The position numbers and the translations under genes are program-made. A DNA stretch of 63,971 bases, counting the filler, from Reclinomonas americana ATCC 50394 (Eukaryota), in NCBI GenBank assembly GCA_048213135.1. It is 9 parts of 9 records of this genome, joined end to end, with 100 filler letters (N's around TTAATTAATTAA, not from the genome) between each part and the next. Parts side by side here need not be neighbours in the genome. Positions count along the whole stretch, not along the records: positions 7,998 to 13,563 come from AFZH01018429.1; positions 13,664 to 17,688 come from AFZH01018430.1; positions 17,789 to 23,927 come from AFZH01018431.1; positions 24,028 to 44,459 come from AFZH01018432.1; 5 more parts are not named here. The stretch is one strand, 5' to 3'. Below the pieces are notes generated by a model that was not told where the DNA came from, searched no databases, and saw nothing but the letters and a program-made list of their open reading frames with translations. Within the stretch, counting starts at the first letter, position 1. Each line of letters begins with the position of its first letter. Positions 12,484 through 26,320 of the stretch are shown here, piece after piece.

Positions 12484-13563
12484 TTACTGAGAGCCACTGC
12501 CGCTGGCAGCGGAGTTATCCGGCGGCAGCGTGTTTCGCACACGGTTGATGAAATCGGTGATTTGCGACGGCATGGCCTTGTCGACCATCCACTGGAAGAT
12601 ACGACCCCTCGGATCCGTGCACAGCGCTGCGCACAATACACCACCCGATCAGCACGTGTGCGTGTTGGAGAGAAGGGGAAACAAGTGGAAAATGAACACG
12701 CAACAGTAGCGAGCGACAAGACCACCATCCGCGTGCGGCTCCACCACCAGACCACCGGACTCCAAATGACCTCGCACCGCATCGCCGTGTTGTGGGTACG
12801 TGCTGCACGCCGGTCGATCAGCACGCAAGCAATGCACAGCTCTGACAGCAAGTCCTCCAAATTGCAAACGTAACTACTCCTCGTCGGAGAGCGAGCGTGC
12901 ATGTGTGAACCAGCGATCGCCTTCGTGACGGTTGCCCAACTGCACACGCGGGCGTGTCAACAACCACATGTGTCGTGGAATGAGGGCGCCGGAAAAAGGC
13001 ATAATTACCTGGGTCATGAGGAATTCGCGCGCAGAGATGATGCCGCCTGAGTGGAGTAGACAAAGATGCCCCGCCGGCCAACATTTATACACACGTGAGT
13101 GGTGAATGCGAGGAGAAGCGCACACACAGAGAAGAAGAACAGCAACAGCAAGTGCATTGGCGGGAGAATAGAAGCACACTCACCCATGGCGCCCTTGACA
13201 CGCTGATAAATGATTTGCGAAATGCCATGCTCCGGGTGCTTCAACTCGCCCAGCAGCTCCGCCTGCGCCAGATCGTCGTTCCACGCGCTCTTCGTCTCAA
13301 ACATCGGATCCGATGTGTACATGATGACTCGCTCCGCGTCAATGTGCTCCGGGAAGTGCAACTGAGGAAAGCACACAAAGAGAGAGAGAGAGAGAGTGAG
13401 TATGTGAGTTGTGAGTTTGTGAGAGAGCAAGCAGTCTGGCCACTCACCACTCCCATGTGCTGCGTAATGCCCGAATCGTGCTTTCGTTGAAACAGACGCA
13501 CACCGTCCTTGAGACTGTGCGCGCTCACATGAGCAATTCTTTCTCTTGCTCTCTCTCTCTCTC
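12484..13563 (-). CDS. START-domain lipid-transfer protein (5' end possibly in the gap)
   Basis: KSAWNDDL, GGIISAREFL, AVRGHLESGGLVVEP and TDPRGRIFQWMVDKAMPS resemble STARD4/5/6-type motifs. Confidence 0.7.
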
Positions 13564-13663
13564 NNNNNNNNNNNNNNNNNNNNNNNNNNNNNNNNNNNNN
13601 NNNNNNNTTAATTAATTAANNNNNNNNNNNNNNNNNNNNNNNNNNNNNNNNNNNNNNNNNNNN

Positions 13664-14205
13664 GCACCTCGCCGCGCAAGGACCACCGCCACCACCGCAG
13701 ATGAAGCCGACGACGTTTGTCAACACACCGGCATCGGTGTCGTCGGCCGCCGCCGCCTCGAACAGCAGTGTGCGCGCCAGCTCGGGTGGCGCAGGATCCA
13801 ACATCTCGCCAATGGAAATCATTGAGCGTGTGACGGTGTACTGGCGCTCCAGTGGCGAGCGCGTGCAGATGGACCCGTGTGTGTCGTGCACTTCACCGGC
13901 CAATTCATTCGCCAGCGGTGCGGGCGGCAGTGGCAACGCACTGGGCGGTGCCAAGCCGTACTATCCCATTGGTTCAGCCGGCTCTGGTGGCGCCGCTTCG
14001 GCTGCGCAAACTTGCCGTCACCCGACTCGCCGTCGCAAGCGTTGCATGGCCGCCGTGTACAAGGCCGGCTTGTGCCGCGTGCACTATGACATTGTCAAGG
14101 TGTGTGTTTGTACGCTCTCTTGCATACCGTCGTCACTCCTTGTGTGCTCACCCCATGCCTTTCATTCTGCAGAACGAGCTCTTCCCCGAGCTGCGCAAGT
14201 CGTGA
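13664..14205 (+). CDS. 3' part of a hypothetical protein with a C-terminal C-x9-C-x8-C-x2-H putative zinc knuckle
   Basis: TCRHPTRRRKRCMAAVYKAGLCRVHYDIVK|NELFPELRKS-stop. Confidence 0.5.
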
Positions 14206-14810
14206 ACACACGCGTCGGCGCTTGTACTTCCCTCCCTTTTCCCGCTGCCTCCTTTGCCGTACATATATTTTTCTCGTGCCCTGTTGTGTTGTTGTATGCG
14301 TCTCTTCCTGGTCTTTGAGTGGACGTGCGTGTGTGCACTTTTAGCAGCACCATGCGTCTGTCTTGTTGCGTCCACTCTTTGTGCTTCCTCTGCGTGCTGC
14401 AGTCGGGAGCGCGGCCATGGGGCGCCCTCCGTATCGTGTGTATATGTGCACCCACACGTGTGTGCATACTCTCTTCTCTCTATCTCGCTCGCTGTTTGCC
14501 CCTACACTCGACATGTGCCAGTGCGCCGTGTTCCTTCCTCTCCCCCTCCTCTCCCTCTCTCCCCCTGTTGTGCGCGGTTTCGTTATATGCGCGACGGGAT
14601 GACCAAGAAAAAACGCCTCTCCTGAAAAGAAAAAAGAAAGAAAAAAACGCGAGGATAGAAACCACAAAGAAGTAAAAAGATTGTCTTGCTGGGTTTTATG
14701 TTGTGCCACGTGCTGCGGTCTCTCCGGACGTCGACAGCAGGCGACAAAAACAAGCTGACACGATTTCGATATCTCGCGCCAATTGCAAACCGATTTCTCC
14801 GTCATACACA

Positions 14811-15404
14811 ATGCTGAGCTCAAGTCGTTGCGTGACTCTCTCTGTCTCTCACTCACTCGTCTCACAGTCTCACACACTCCCTCCCTCACTCTCTCAGCCA
14901 CTCGCGCCTCCATGCACTCCAAAGAACAACGCACTGGCGCGCTGGATGTGCGCATGCACCGCGGCACACACGGCAACGCGGTGCTCATCCTGTGGCAGGG
15001 CGTTCTCAATGCCGTCGAGTACCGCGTGTCCACACGAATGCGTGGCTCGAGTGTGTGGCAGAGTTTGCCGGTTGATTCCAGCCAGCTGGCGGTATGTGTG
15101 TGTGTGTATTCCCTCCATGCTCTCCCTCCATTCTCTCACTCACTTGCACATGCGCTCCATGACAGGCGGAGATCGTCAACGACAATCCCGACGTGGACCA
15201 GCACTACCTGATCATGGTGCAGGCGGTGGACTATGATGAGCATGTGATTGCGGAGCAATGCGTGGAGGCGGATATCGGTTCGTGTGTATGTGTACGCCTT
15301 GAGACTTGGTGAGTTACCACCGTGCCTGATAGACGCATACGCGCACAGCACGCCCGATTGTTTGCTCGCCCACTCGCCGAGCTCAGCATCATCATCACCA
15401 GTGA
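14811..15404 (+). CDS. Small hypothetical protein, possibly a single FN3-like domain
   Basis: AVLILWQGVLNAVEYRVSTR...W and YLIMVQAVDYDEHVI follow an FN3-like W/Y pattern. GT-AG exons. Confidence 0.4.
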
Positions 15405-15459
15405 TTGCGTGCGACCTGTCGAGAGTCGTATTGCTTGTATTTCTTAGTGTACCACCAGA

Positions 15460-17688
15460 TCATGTTGGATGCGCGTCGTGGAAACACAGATCGGCCACCT
15501 ATCTCACAAGCAGCGGAGGAGTGAGTGTGTGTGTGTGTGTGTGTGCGTGAACGGGAGATGAGAGGGGGGGCAACAGCACGCAACCACAGGAATATGATCC
15601 GAGGGAAACGAGGCATTTGGTCCACCCTCCTCGCCGTTCGGACAGAAGTCGTGCGCCTTGAGACCACTCAGCACGGCACTGCACACCAACCGATCGACGT
15701 CGTAGAAAATGTAGTCGAGACAGCCGAGCCAGTTCTCACGATAGTTGGTGAATTCGGGTTCGTCGCCTGGCACGACACGTGAGAACGAGGAGAAGAGATC
15801 CGACGCCACACTACCAGTTGTTGTGAAAAGCACACTCACCGAGAACCTCCAGCATGGCACTGGCCATATTCAGTGTGTGTGGCCGGACGCACCTTGGCAA
15901 CGCCTGCGAAAGCAAGTGAAAGTCCTCGTGGCCGACACCCTGCAGGGGCCGGAAACGTGAGTGGCAACACCGAGGCAACTCTCTGTGCGCACACAACACT
16001 CGCACCTGAAAATGCTTGCCATTCGCCATGTACTGGTGCACACTCATGCTGGGCAGGCTGTTGAAATCGCCGGCAAACACCAGCGCCGGGTGCGTGTTGG
16101 TGCGGTGTGTGAAATTGGCCAGCGATTGTTGCACAAACTGCATGAGTTTGACGGCCTGGTAGAGCTTCACGTCGGCCAGCGAGGCATTGGAGACGAGATG
16201 TGTGTTGCATACACACAGTACTGCACGGGCACAGAAGAGAGAGAGAGAGAGAGAGAGAGTGAGAATCACGAAGAGAAGAATGTGCTTTTCTTCTACGCCA
16301 ACGCCAACCTCGTGAGGGCGGTGGGCGACGCACGTCGCTGGCACGCCACGGCGACTCGTGTGGTGGATCGGAGAGCGGATCTCGCAGGAACGTACGCAAA
16401 TCGCTCATATCAAACAACCGATCGTCCATCGGTGGGCCCATCTCCAGCACGCCCTGCGTGCGCGACGGTTGCGGTCGAGTGCTGCTCATGACATTGCCGA
16501 GTGCAGCCAAGAATCGCTGTTCTGCCACGTCGCCCACCAACGCATCAATCTGCATGGTGAACCACACGCACACACACAGACGGATTGAGTCACGCGTGTG
16601 GGTGTGAGCGTGTGAGGGATGGGGCGAACCGGCTCGAGGTACACAATGTTGGCGACGTTGTGCTTGAGAAAGCGACTGAGAAGGGCGGAGCGCTCGCCAA
16701 TGTCCGGATCGTTGCGCGCCATGTCGGCGAAACTGACATCAACATGCTGCAGCAGACGGAACCTGTGGTTGCGTGAGATCACGATGCCTCAAGCATGCAC
16801 ATGCATCCGCTGCCAGCGCACCTGCTCACGCGATAAAAGACGGCACAACCGTCCATGGTGGAGTCATCTGGGTGCTCGTTGCCGGCGTCGGTCGTGCGTG
16901 CCTTGAAGACGCCAGCATAGCCGCGTCTGTTCAGAGCGTCACCCAGAAGCCCGTTGTACAGGTCCGTGCCCAACTCCTGCTCCACCAGCGTTGAGTGGCA
17001 GTGCCGCAGGAGGGCAGGCAGGCACGAACACACACAGATACTCACCTGGAAGCATGCAATGTCGGGATTGATCACGGCCAGGTCCTCGAGAATGAGCGTC
17101 AGGCGGTAGTCCACGTTGGAGAAGTCGACACGATCCACCGACTGCGCCGACACGTAGCGCGGTGCCAGCAGATTGTAACTGCACACACGAATGTGGTCAT
17201 CGCCTGCACGCAGGGGCGGCGCGCCAGTGAGCGCCACATAGACGGAGAAGAAGAACAAGGAGAAGAAGACAACACACCACGCGTGACGCGCAGCGAGTCT
17301 CTCCGCAGCGCTCTGTTCTGCACAAACGAGCGCACTCCGGGAGCCCGCCGCGGCTTATGCACAATGGTCTTGAGCGGCAACGTGGCCAACGGCTGCGCAT
17401 TGGCATGCAAGTCGCCCACCGGCCACAACTGCACCACAATCACCTTGCCGACGTCCTCCACCTGCGGTCGATACACCCTACTCTCGCACAGCATGAGGCA
17501 CTGCGCATACACACACAGAGACAAGCACGCACGCAACAGTCCACGACAGATGAGCTTCATGGGCGCGTCGGGATCGGCATTCTCTCGTCGCCACCACAGA
17601 CACTCAATGCGCATCTCGGCCTCGGCCGCGCTCAGGAAGCGCTCGCCCACCGCCGCTGTGGACAAGCACACACACACATGGGCACACT
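15460..17688 (-). CDS. CCR4/PDE12-like EEP-family nuclease/deadenylase (5' end truncated by the gap)
   Basis: RVCSYNLLA, DIACFQ|E, DGCAVFY, VCNTHL, AGDFNS, FTNY...LDYIFY and FPSDHIPV|VADL. The N-terminal YRPQVEDVG segment resembles CCR4/PDE12. Confidence 0.88.
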
Positions 17689-17820
17689 NNNNNNNNNNNN
17701 NNNNNNNNNNNNNNNNNNNNNNNNNNNNNNNNTTAATTAATTAANNNNNNNNNNNNNNNNNNNNNNNNNNNNNNNNNNNNNNNNNNNNTCAGTCAAGTGA
17801 CATTCTGCATGTGACCTCAG

Positions 17821-20282
17821 GTGTCGTGGCACAACCCGAGTGGGAAGCTGAAGGAGAAGGTGCCGGAGGGATCGCGCAATCCGCGTTTCCATTGCAACTC
17901 ATGCGGCGACTATGTGGGCGAGGATGCCACGCGACCGCTGGGTGTGATGGCGTTGCCGATTGGGCGGTGTGCGAGTGGCCAGGTGCCGGATGCGTACCGG
18001 CCCAACATGCACATCTTTTACGGCTCGCGTGCGCCTGGAGTGGAGGTGGCCGATGCGTTGCCCAAGTGGGAGACCCTGCCGGATGGAATCATGGCAGAGA
18101 AGGGACATGCGCGTCGCGAGGAGGCCGGAGCCGGGCACGATCCGTACAGCGGGCGACTGGCCAAGGATGTGCAGTCCATGTCGCCGTCGCGTGCACCGGA
18201 GCCGCGGGAGCATGTGTTCCCCGAGTACGAGCCGGCGCCCAATCATTTCACCAAGGTACCGCCGAGCATGGTGGAGCAGCGTGTGGCGCACAAGTATTAC
18301 CCGTCGCCGGGTCCCTTTGTGCACCCGGCCAAGTCCAAGTACAAGGCGATCATTGTCGGCGGTGGCCACAATGGCCTGGTGTCGGCCGCCTACTTGGCCA
18401 AGGCCGGCGTCGACACTCTGGTGCTCGAGCGCCGTCATGTGGTCGGCGGTGCGGCTGTGACGGAGGAGATTGTGCCGGGTTTCAAGTTCTCTCGTGCTTC
18501 CTACTTGGCCGGTCTGTTGCGTCCGGTCATCATCAAGGATCTGGAGCTGGAGCGGCACGGCCTCGAGTACCTTGTGGTTGCGTCGCAGTTCGCGAACGGT
18601 GATGTGTCAGATGTGTGCCGCTGACCTTGGTGTGCAGCGCGATCCCGCCAGTTTCACCCCGACGCTCGTGAATGGACCGCTCAAGGGCAAGTACCTGATG
18701 CTGGGCTCGAACGAGGAGAACGACGTGCGCTCGATCGCCCAGTTCAGCCAGCGTGACGCCGAGGCGTATCCCAAGTACGAGGAGTTCCTCGGCAAGGTGC
18801 GCGAGCTGGTGCAGCCGCTGCTCGACGGACCGCCACCGGATCCGCGACAGGGTGGCTGGCGCGAGCGCAGTCGTGCCGTGAAGCAGGTCAGCGAGCTGAT
18901 TCGCATCGGCTTCAAGAACCGCGAGGTTGTGGTACCGTTCTACGAGCTGTTCACGGCGCCGGCCAACCACTTGCTGGACCGGTGGTTCGAGAGCGACATT
19001 CTCAAGGCCACGTTGGCCACCGACGCCGTCATTGGTGCCATGGCTGCGCCGTCGATTCCCGGCAGTGCCTACGTGCTGCTGCATCACGTCTTTGGTGGTT
19101 CGTCTTATTCGCACGATTTGTTTGTTTGGTTTGGCACACACGTTTACCATTGTCATCCACAGAGGCTGCCGGTCGCAAGGGTGTGTGGGCGTACGTTCGC
19201 GGTGGCATGGGCGCCATCAGCAACTCGATTGCGTCGGCCGCACGCGAGGCAGGTGCCGAGATCGCCACCAACGCCACCGTGCGTCGCATCCTTTACGAGG
19301 GCAAGCGCGTCACGGGAGTGGAGATGGTCGACGGCACCAAGTTGTACGCCGACATTGTGCTGAGCGGTGCAAGCCCATACCACACGTTCCTCGAGCTGCT
19401 GCCGGGCCTGGCACAGGACTCGCGCGCCCTGCCGGCCGACGCCACCAGTCCACTGCCAGACGACTTTGTGCACCACATTCGCTTTGCGAATTACGCCTCC
19501 GGCGTGTTCAAGATCAACTGCGCCGTGGACAAGCTGCCGAACTTTGAGTGCTACCCCAGCACTCCCGACGGCAAGCCCGGCCCACAGCATCGCGGCACGG
19601 TGCACTTTGAGAGTCGTGTCGATGAGCTGGAGCAGGCGTACCGCGAGGCCAACATGGGAATGCCCTCTCGCCGACCGATCATTGAGATGACCATTCCGAG
19701 CGCTCTGGACGACACCCTGGCCCCGCCCGGCAAGCACGTGGTGCAGCTCTTTGTGCAGTTTGCGCCGTACGACGTCGATCCCAAGGTGTGCATGAGCGCG
19801 GCCAGTCCCCTCTTTTATCCTCTGTTCTCGTCTCATTGCTGTTGGTGTGTGCTGGTGTGCAGATTGGCAGCTGGGCCGACCCCGCCTTCAAGGAGTCCTT
19901 CGTGCAACGAGTGTTCTCCATCATCGACGAGTACGCTCCTGGCTTCTCGTCGTCGGTGATTGGAGTGGATGCGCTGTCGCCGCTGGACTTGGAGCGCGTC
20001 TTTGGCCTGCACAAGGGCAATATTTTCCACGGCTCGCTGGCCTTGCACCAGCTCGGTTACACGCGTCCTGCCTTTGGCTACGCGCACCATCGCATGCCAT
20101 TGGACGGTCTCTACCTGTGCGGCAGTGGCGCGCATCCAGGAGGTGTGTCTGTGTGCCCCAGTCGAGTGTGCTCGGGTTTTCGCTCACACACCCGCGCTTT
20201 TTATTCTCTCGCAGGCGGTGTGATGGGCAGTCCCGGTCGCAACTGCGCACTGGCGGTGCTGTCGGATCTCGGCAAGGCGTAA
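17821..20282 (+). CDS. PYROXD2: PYROXD2-like FAD oxidoreductase (phytoene desaturase family) with an N-terminal GFA/CENP-V-like domain; 5' end truncated
   Basis: [85 protein letters not shown] and [16 protein letters not shown]. Four GT-AG introns. Confidence 0.92.
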
Positions 20283-20418
20283 GACAATCAATGGAGCAAT
20301 CCGCAGAGAATCCAGTGTTCCGCATAATAAAACAAGTGGCATTACAACAAACACCGCCGCGTGCGACTCAATTGAAGAGCGAGTGAAAGCTTAGGTAGCT
20401 GCTAAAGAGGCGCACGTG

Positions 20419-21651
20419 TCACCTCGGAGTGGCCCCTGTAGCACGTTTTGCCAACGCAGTGAGAATCGAGAGACGGCGAGAGAGAGAGAGGCTGGAGAGC
20501 GACGAGGCACACCTGACTTGCGGGCCGACATACCCCCGTCGCCATGTAATTCCACCGCCAGCTCCGGTCGCCCAGCCGAGGTCTGCCCTCGGTAGCCGTC
20601 GGCCGACTCGAACCCCGCCGCCGCCACTGCCACAGGTGTCAGTGACTCACACGGGAAACGAACAAACAAACAAACAGACACGAACCGACATCCGTGTCCG
20701 TATCTACGCGACCCGCACTACGTGCCAGGTACTCCATCATTCTGCGCCATGCGGGGATCAGTTCACCGTCGCCGACACTAGTGGGTGAGAAGCGCACGCA
20801 ACTCCTTCTCCGCCTGATCGCCTTCGTCGTCCAATTCCTCGTCAGTGGACTGCACACAGCGATCGCAACAATCAGACTGCCTCGCTCAACCTTCTGTAGC
20901 TGGGGACGAGCTACACACACACACACAGACACACATACACACCCTGGCAGTGCGCCGAGCCGAGGCCCCGGCCGACGAAGATCCTTTCGAAGACTTGCCC
21001 GAACGCGCACGCCCGGTCGAGGCGCTACCACCATACAGCTGTGAGGTCGACCGTCGATGCGCCTTGGCTGCGGCCAGACGCTGCCTCTTCTCCTCCTCCT
21101 GCAGTAGCTCTGTTCGTCGTCGCGAGATGCGTTGCTGGTGTGTCGACACACAGATCAGGCCCGGAGAGAGAGAGAGAGAGAGAAGAGAAAGGAGAGAGCG
21201 AGGTCACCTGCAGATCGTGTTCCTCCAGCAACCGGCGAAACTCCTCACGCTCTGCATTGGTGAACTCCTGCTCAATGATGCTCAGCTTGCTCTTGTTCCG
21301 ATCCAGGTCCAGGATGCGACCATCGGCGTCGATCTGTGCGTGTGCGCGTCATCAAACACACACACACACGCTCTCTCTCTCACACACACTCTCTCACTCA
21401 CCAGTCCGTGCTTGTAGAGAACGGTTTGCACATTGCGACTCTCAAAGAAGCTGCGCAGGTGACCATCGGTCAGCGCGTTGTACGTTGGCAATCGAGCTCG
21501 TGCCATTCCGTCCAGTGAGAAGCCGGCCTCGCGCTGACGCATTCGCTCGGCCTCAACTGCTTTTCTGTGAAACGAGTGGTGCTCGTGTGAGAACTCACTG
21601 AAACGAGCGTGAGTGCGTGGGAGAGAGAGCAAGGTGTGACCTTCTCGACAT
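20419..21651 (-). CDS. Coiled-coil protein with an ERICH3-N-like motif (possibly ciliary)
   Basis: LPTYNALTDGHLRSFFESRNVQTVLYKHGL|IDADGRIL resembles the YNSLxDxHL..F......L...GLI...G.I motif of the ERICH3 N-terminus. Confidence 0.5.
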
Positions 21652-22185
21652 GAGCGTTGAAATCTGCGTCCTATATGACAGTCATCAACGTCGACTGATA
21701 TGAAGACCTTCCGAGTCTCGAGCTTCACACAACTTGGAATGGTTCTTTTCATTTTCAAGCAGCCAAAAAAGCAAGGTACGGAACGAAAGACAGACAGACA
21801 GACGAGGGGACACGCGGAGAGACTAACACACACGGTCAAGAAAAACCTATGGACACGGAAGAGAAGCAACAGACATCGATGCGCAGCTGGTAGCACACAC
21901 CGAGGCACCGCGCCAGCGTCAAGAATGAGAGAGAGGAAAACCAAAAAAAGGGGGAAAATGCAAAACAAAAACAAAACACACATTGAGACAACACCGGCGC
22001 AACACCACACACACACCCACCCACCACACTTGACAAAAAAACCAGCAGACCAAGAGGGAGAAGACACAGGGAGGATAGACACACAGACACACACACGCTC
22101 TTTTGAGGCTACTTTTTGTTTCTTTTTTCTTTTGTTTTTCCTTTCTGGTAACCACCTTCTTCTCCAACCAGTCACACCAGTCACC

Positions 22186-23927
22186 TCAAGGCATGGATTG
22201 GTCTACTGAAGACGGCGACGGAGGCGCGCCGCCAGCCTTTTCTCCCACTGGCAGTGGTGCCCTGAGAACAACAACATCATCATCAGTAACCGGTAAAGAG
22301 GCACTTCGGCAAATCGTAGCACACACAAACCTCATTGTTAGCGAGGCTTGCTGATAGATGTCGTCATTGTGAGCACACGGATCGGGGGCCATTGCACCGA
22401 GACCAGATCCGCCGCCCAATTGGTGGTCGCCAGCATACGAGCTCATGAATGAGAACGGGCCGCTGCCGACCACCAACTTTTGGGACCTTGCAGCCGGCTT
22501 GGCCGCGCTTGGTGGTGTGAACAAGTAGCCACCAAGTGCGGGACGCTGCGGGGGGATGAAAGAGAGGTGAGTGAGTGACTGACAAGCTTTCTCGCAACTC
22601 CACACACAGGAGTTGGTCTCACCGCCGCCAAAATGTCCTCATCCATGTATGGCAAACCGCCGCCGCGGGTGGGAGTTGAAAAACCACCGCTACTTGCCGC
22701 GCTGCCACCGCCATGACCAATGTGCCCAGGTCCACCAGACACTTGCAGAACTGAAATGGCCGTAGTTGTTGATGACGACGATGACGAGGAAGCTGACGAT
22801 GCCGAGTTCGGACCGCCATTGGCTGGTCGTCGATTCTCGGCTTCGCTCGCTCCGTCGTTCATATTCAAGCGCCGCTTGCTGGTGCGCATCGGTGACCTGC
22901 AGTGCAACAACGTCAGCGGGCAACCAAAAATGAGGCGATGGCAAATCAAATCAAACAACAAGGTACAAACCGTCCAGGAGTGCCAGAGGAGGCGCCGGGT
23001 GTGAAAAACGACGTCGGCGAGAAGATACTCGGCATGAGGTCGTGGCTCAAGTGCAGCGCAGTGGGCGTGTTGCTTCCGGCAACAGCTGACAGGCTGGTCT
23101 CATGATGGTGATGGTGGTGGTGGTGATGACTGGCCTGTGTGGGAAACTGCACACTCGATGTGTGTCTCGATTTCTGCGCGCACAATCTTGTGTTAGTCTC
23201 CAATTGAAAACAAACTGAAAGCAGAGTCAATCGCAGCAACGCACAATTGGCGGCGAGAACAGCGTATCGATCGCGGGTGCGGATTCCCTCTGGCGCTTGT
23301 GAGCCAGAATGGATGGTGGTGGAGAGCCTGTGGTGAACTTGCCGAGTGACGGTGACCGACCGTATGGACTCCACGTTGAGCCGGATCGAACTGGCGAGGG
23401 AGCACCGAATTGCGGGAAGCTGCACGGGGGGAGGGTGAGTGACACGGTGAGGAGTATGAAACAAGACAGAGGAAAACTCACCCAGGTGGGTGTCGCGGAC
23501 TCGAGTTGAACAGCACGGACGGGTCACCAAACGACTCGCCACCGACATGCACGGGTTCAGGATTAACGTACGGACCCGCTGTGAGCACGCAACGAGAATG
23601 AGCTAGAGGTGCGAGGCAATCACAGTGCACACAACAGTCAAGCGGTCGTACCGGAAATGTCAAGTGCCACATTGGTCAAGTCCTCCATGATGCGACTGGC
23701 AATTGTCGGCGCAGCAGGTGCTGCTTCACACAAGACACACGCACACGTTTTAGTGGCAACCAGACGCTATCTAGCCTCGTGAGAGAACAGCTGAGACGAA
23801 ACTCGGCGACATCTCAGACGAGACATTCGGCACTGTCGACATGCTCATGGGCGGCAATGGCGGCGGCGCAATGACGCCGACCATCGACGAATCCTCGTGT
23901 CCATGCGGCAATGGCGGCATCATTGGA
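22186..23927 (-). CDS. 3' part of a low-complexity S/P/H-rich protein (possible transcription-regulator tail)
   Basis: Several spliceable low-complexity ORFs with poly-His, FSPTSFFTP and SPMRTSKRRLN. No catalytic domain is visible; the N-terminus lies in the gap. Confidence 0.42.
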
Positions 23928-24225
23928 NNNNNNNNNNNNNNNNNNNNNNNNNNNNNNNNNNNNNNNNNNNNTTAATTAATTAANNNNNNNNNNNNNNNNN
24001 NNNNNNNNNNNNNNNNNNNNNNNNNNNAGATTGTCCCCTCCAAGGTCTTTGTCGTCTTATGGCTGGCCTTGCTCGACGTAATAAAACGCCAGTCCACTCG
24101 TTGGCCCTCCCGCTCGCGGGTGGGGAACGGGGGCCGGCGATCCGCTGGCTGGAAGGGCGATGGCGATCGCAGAAAACTTCGAGTCGCGATCGCTTGCAGG
24201 AGGAGGCGAGACGATCGCGTTCAGT

Positions 24226-26320
24226 TCAGTCGTCGATCCAGTCGGCGTCGTCGTGGCCGTTCTGTCGTACGCACAGCCACCAAAAAAGAAAACGTCGAAG
24301 GGCATCGCATGAATTGAGCATCAATCGAACGACGCCGATTTGGCGAAAATCATGCACTCTCACCGATCCATCGGACTCGTCGACCACGGCAGCGAGTGGC
24401 GGCGACCACACCAGGATCTGGTGATCGCGTCCGGTCGTGTAAATCTCCTGCGGCGATCATCGATGCTGAGCGTCAGACAAGTGCGCAGATGCACCACATT
24501 CGAATTCTCCGCAGACCTCACGAGTCGGATGTTGCACGCAGGCCGACACCTCGTCGGCGTGCGCCCGGAGTCGCCTGTGGCACCGACCTCCGAGAATGCT
24601 ATACATGTGGACCGAGTCGCTGTGTGTGCATGCACACACCGAGAGGTACATGAGCAACAACAAGGAGCGATCGGTGAGAAGTGGTGAGGCTTCTTTTCGA
24701 CGCACCCCACCGGCACGAGAACGTGCTGACCGTCGTTGCACACATCCATGCGCAAAGTCAGCGTGTACACATTGTCGGTGCCAGGATAGTTGATCTGCTC
24801 GCACACCGCACGGTGAGCAGCGGGGAGCTGTCGAACGCGAGGAGAGTCCACGAACCATGGTGTCGGCTCCACTGGCAAAATCCCAACAATGCAAGCGCGA
24901 ATCGCGTCCATACGACAGCAAATAGCGTGCGTCGCGACTGAAGCACAGCGCATTGACGCAGTCGTCGTGTGCACGCACTCCATCGTCGGCAATGTCTGCC
25001 GCTGTGCCTCGGTTGTTACACAAGTGCTGGCCAGAGTTTTTCCCCTCCGCATATGGACGACCCCTCACCATTCAGTGGCCGCCTTTTGCCGTCGCCGTGC
25101 TTTGGCTTCTCGTAGGGCAACTTGGCGAGTGCACCCGCTCGGCGCACATCCCACACCAGGATCACGCCATCCTCGGCACCACTGCAAAGAGGGGTACCGT
25201 CAGATCGCTGCGCTGTGCTGTCACGACTCACGCCACCATCAGCAACTGGTACCTCACGAGAAGGAACTCATCCACCGGGCTCCACGCCACCGACCAGGTG
25301 GGAGCCTGATGACCCAAAAACGAATGCGTGAATGCTCCTGTGCGATAGTCGCCGAGGCGGACCTTGTTGTCATTCGCAGCCGCTGCAGCGTGGCGCACAG
25401 TCGGCAATGGTGTGGAGAGCATAGACAGCACAACACGACACACATACACACACACACCGGCGATCATACTGTGACGAGCGGCCACTGGCGAAAAGCACAC
25501 TTGATGCACATGTGTTTGAAACTGGAACTCCACCACACTCTGCGTCGTCACCGTCGTCGTCATCGTGCAAACGGGGGACGCGACACACACAGGATAACGG
25601 GTACGCAACCTGCATCGCATTCGTATCCCACAACTTGCAGGTATAATCGAAACTCGACGTGACGAACATGCCCGTGTCAAATGGAAACCAGGCCACACTC
25701 GACACCGCCTTGGAGTGGCCTCGCTTCCTGCACATCTCATTCAACAAGGTGGTCCTCGCTGTAAGACAAAAACCAACGTGCTCCACATGCCTGTCAATGA
25801 CCTCCAGCGGTGTAATCGATCGCGGCGGGGTGCTGCGCGACGAATCGGCCAGCTTCTCTTCGACATCGTACAGGCAGATGCGTGCATCGCCTCCGGCCGT
25901 CAGCAGACTGCACCGCTCCTCGCTCACGTAAGCCTCCCCCAGCAAGACAGCACATAACATACAGAGAGAACTCAACTATCGGTGCTCGGCGGCATCGACA
26001 TCCAACCAATTCACGCCTGCGGCATGCACGCTGCTCACCGCGCGCTCCATCGACAAGTCCACACGCGCATACTTGTGCATGCGCATCAGCATGCACGCTG
26101 GGTCCTCGCGTCCCCAGTTCACGCGCTGCGGAGTCAGCGAGCAGCGCGCGCACGCCAGACCATTCTCCCGCGCCACCAGCAGTCGCGCCACGGACACGTT
26201 GCAGAGTGGACGATCGCCGCGTCGTGTGTTGGCGCGCACTGGTGGCACAGTGCTGGCAGAGGCCACTTGTGCTGCGCGAGTGGAGGTGCACAGGGCAGAG
26301 CGCACGAGCTCCGCGTCCAT
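24226..26320 (-). CDS. ERCC8: DNA excision repair protein ERCC-8 / CSA (WD40)
   Basis: HAAGVNWLDVDAAEHRYLLTAGGD, GHSKAVSSVAWFPFDTGMFVTSSFDYTCKLWDTN, GAFTHSFLGH...VAWSP, VWDVRRA, AHDDCVN and a terminal DADWIDD. Confidence 0.88.
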
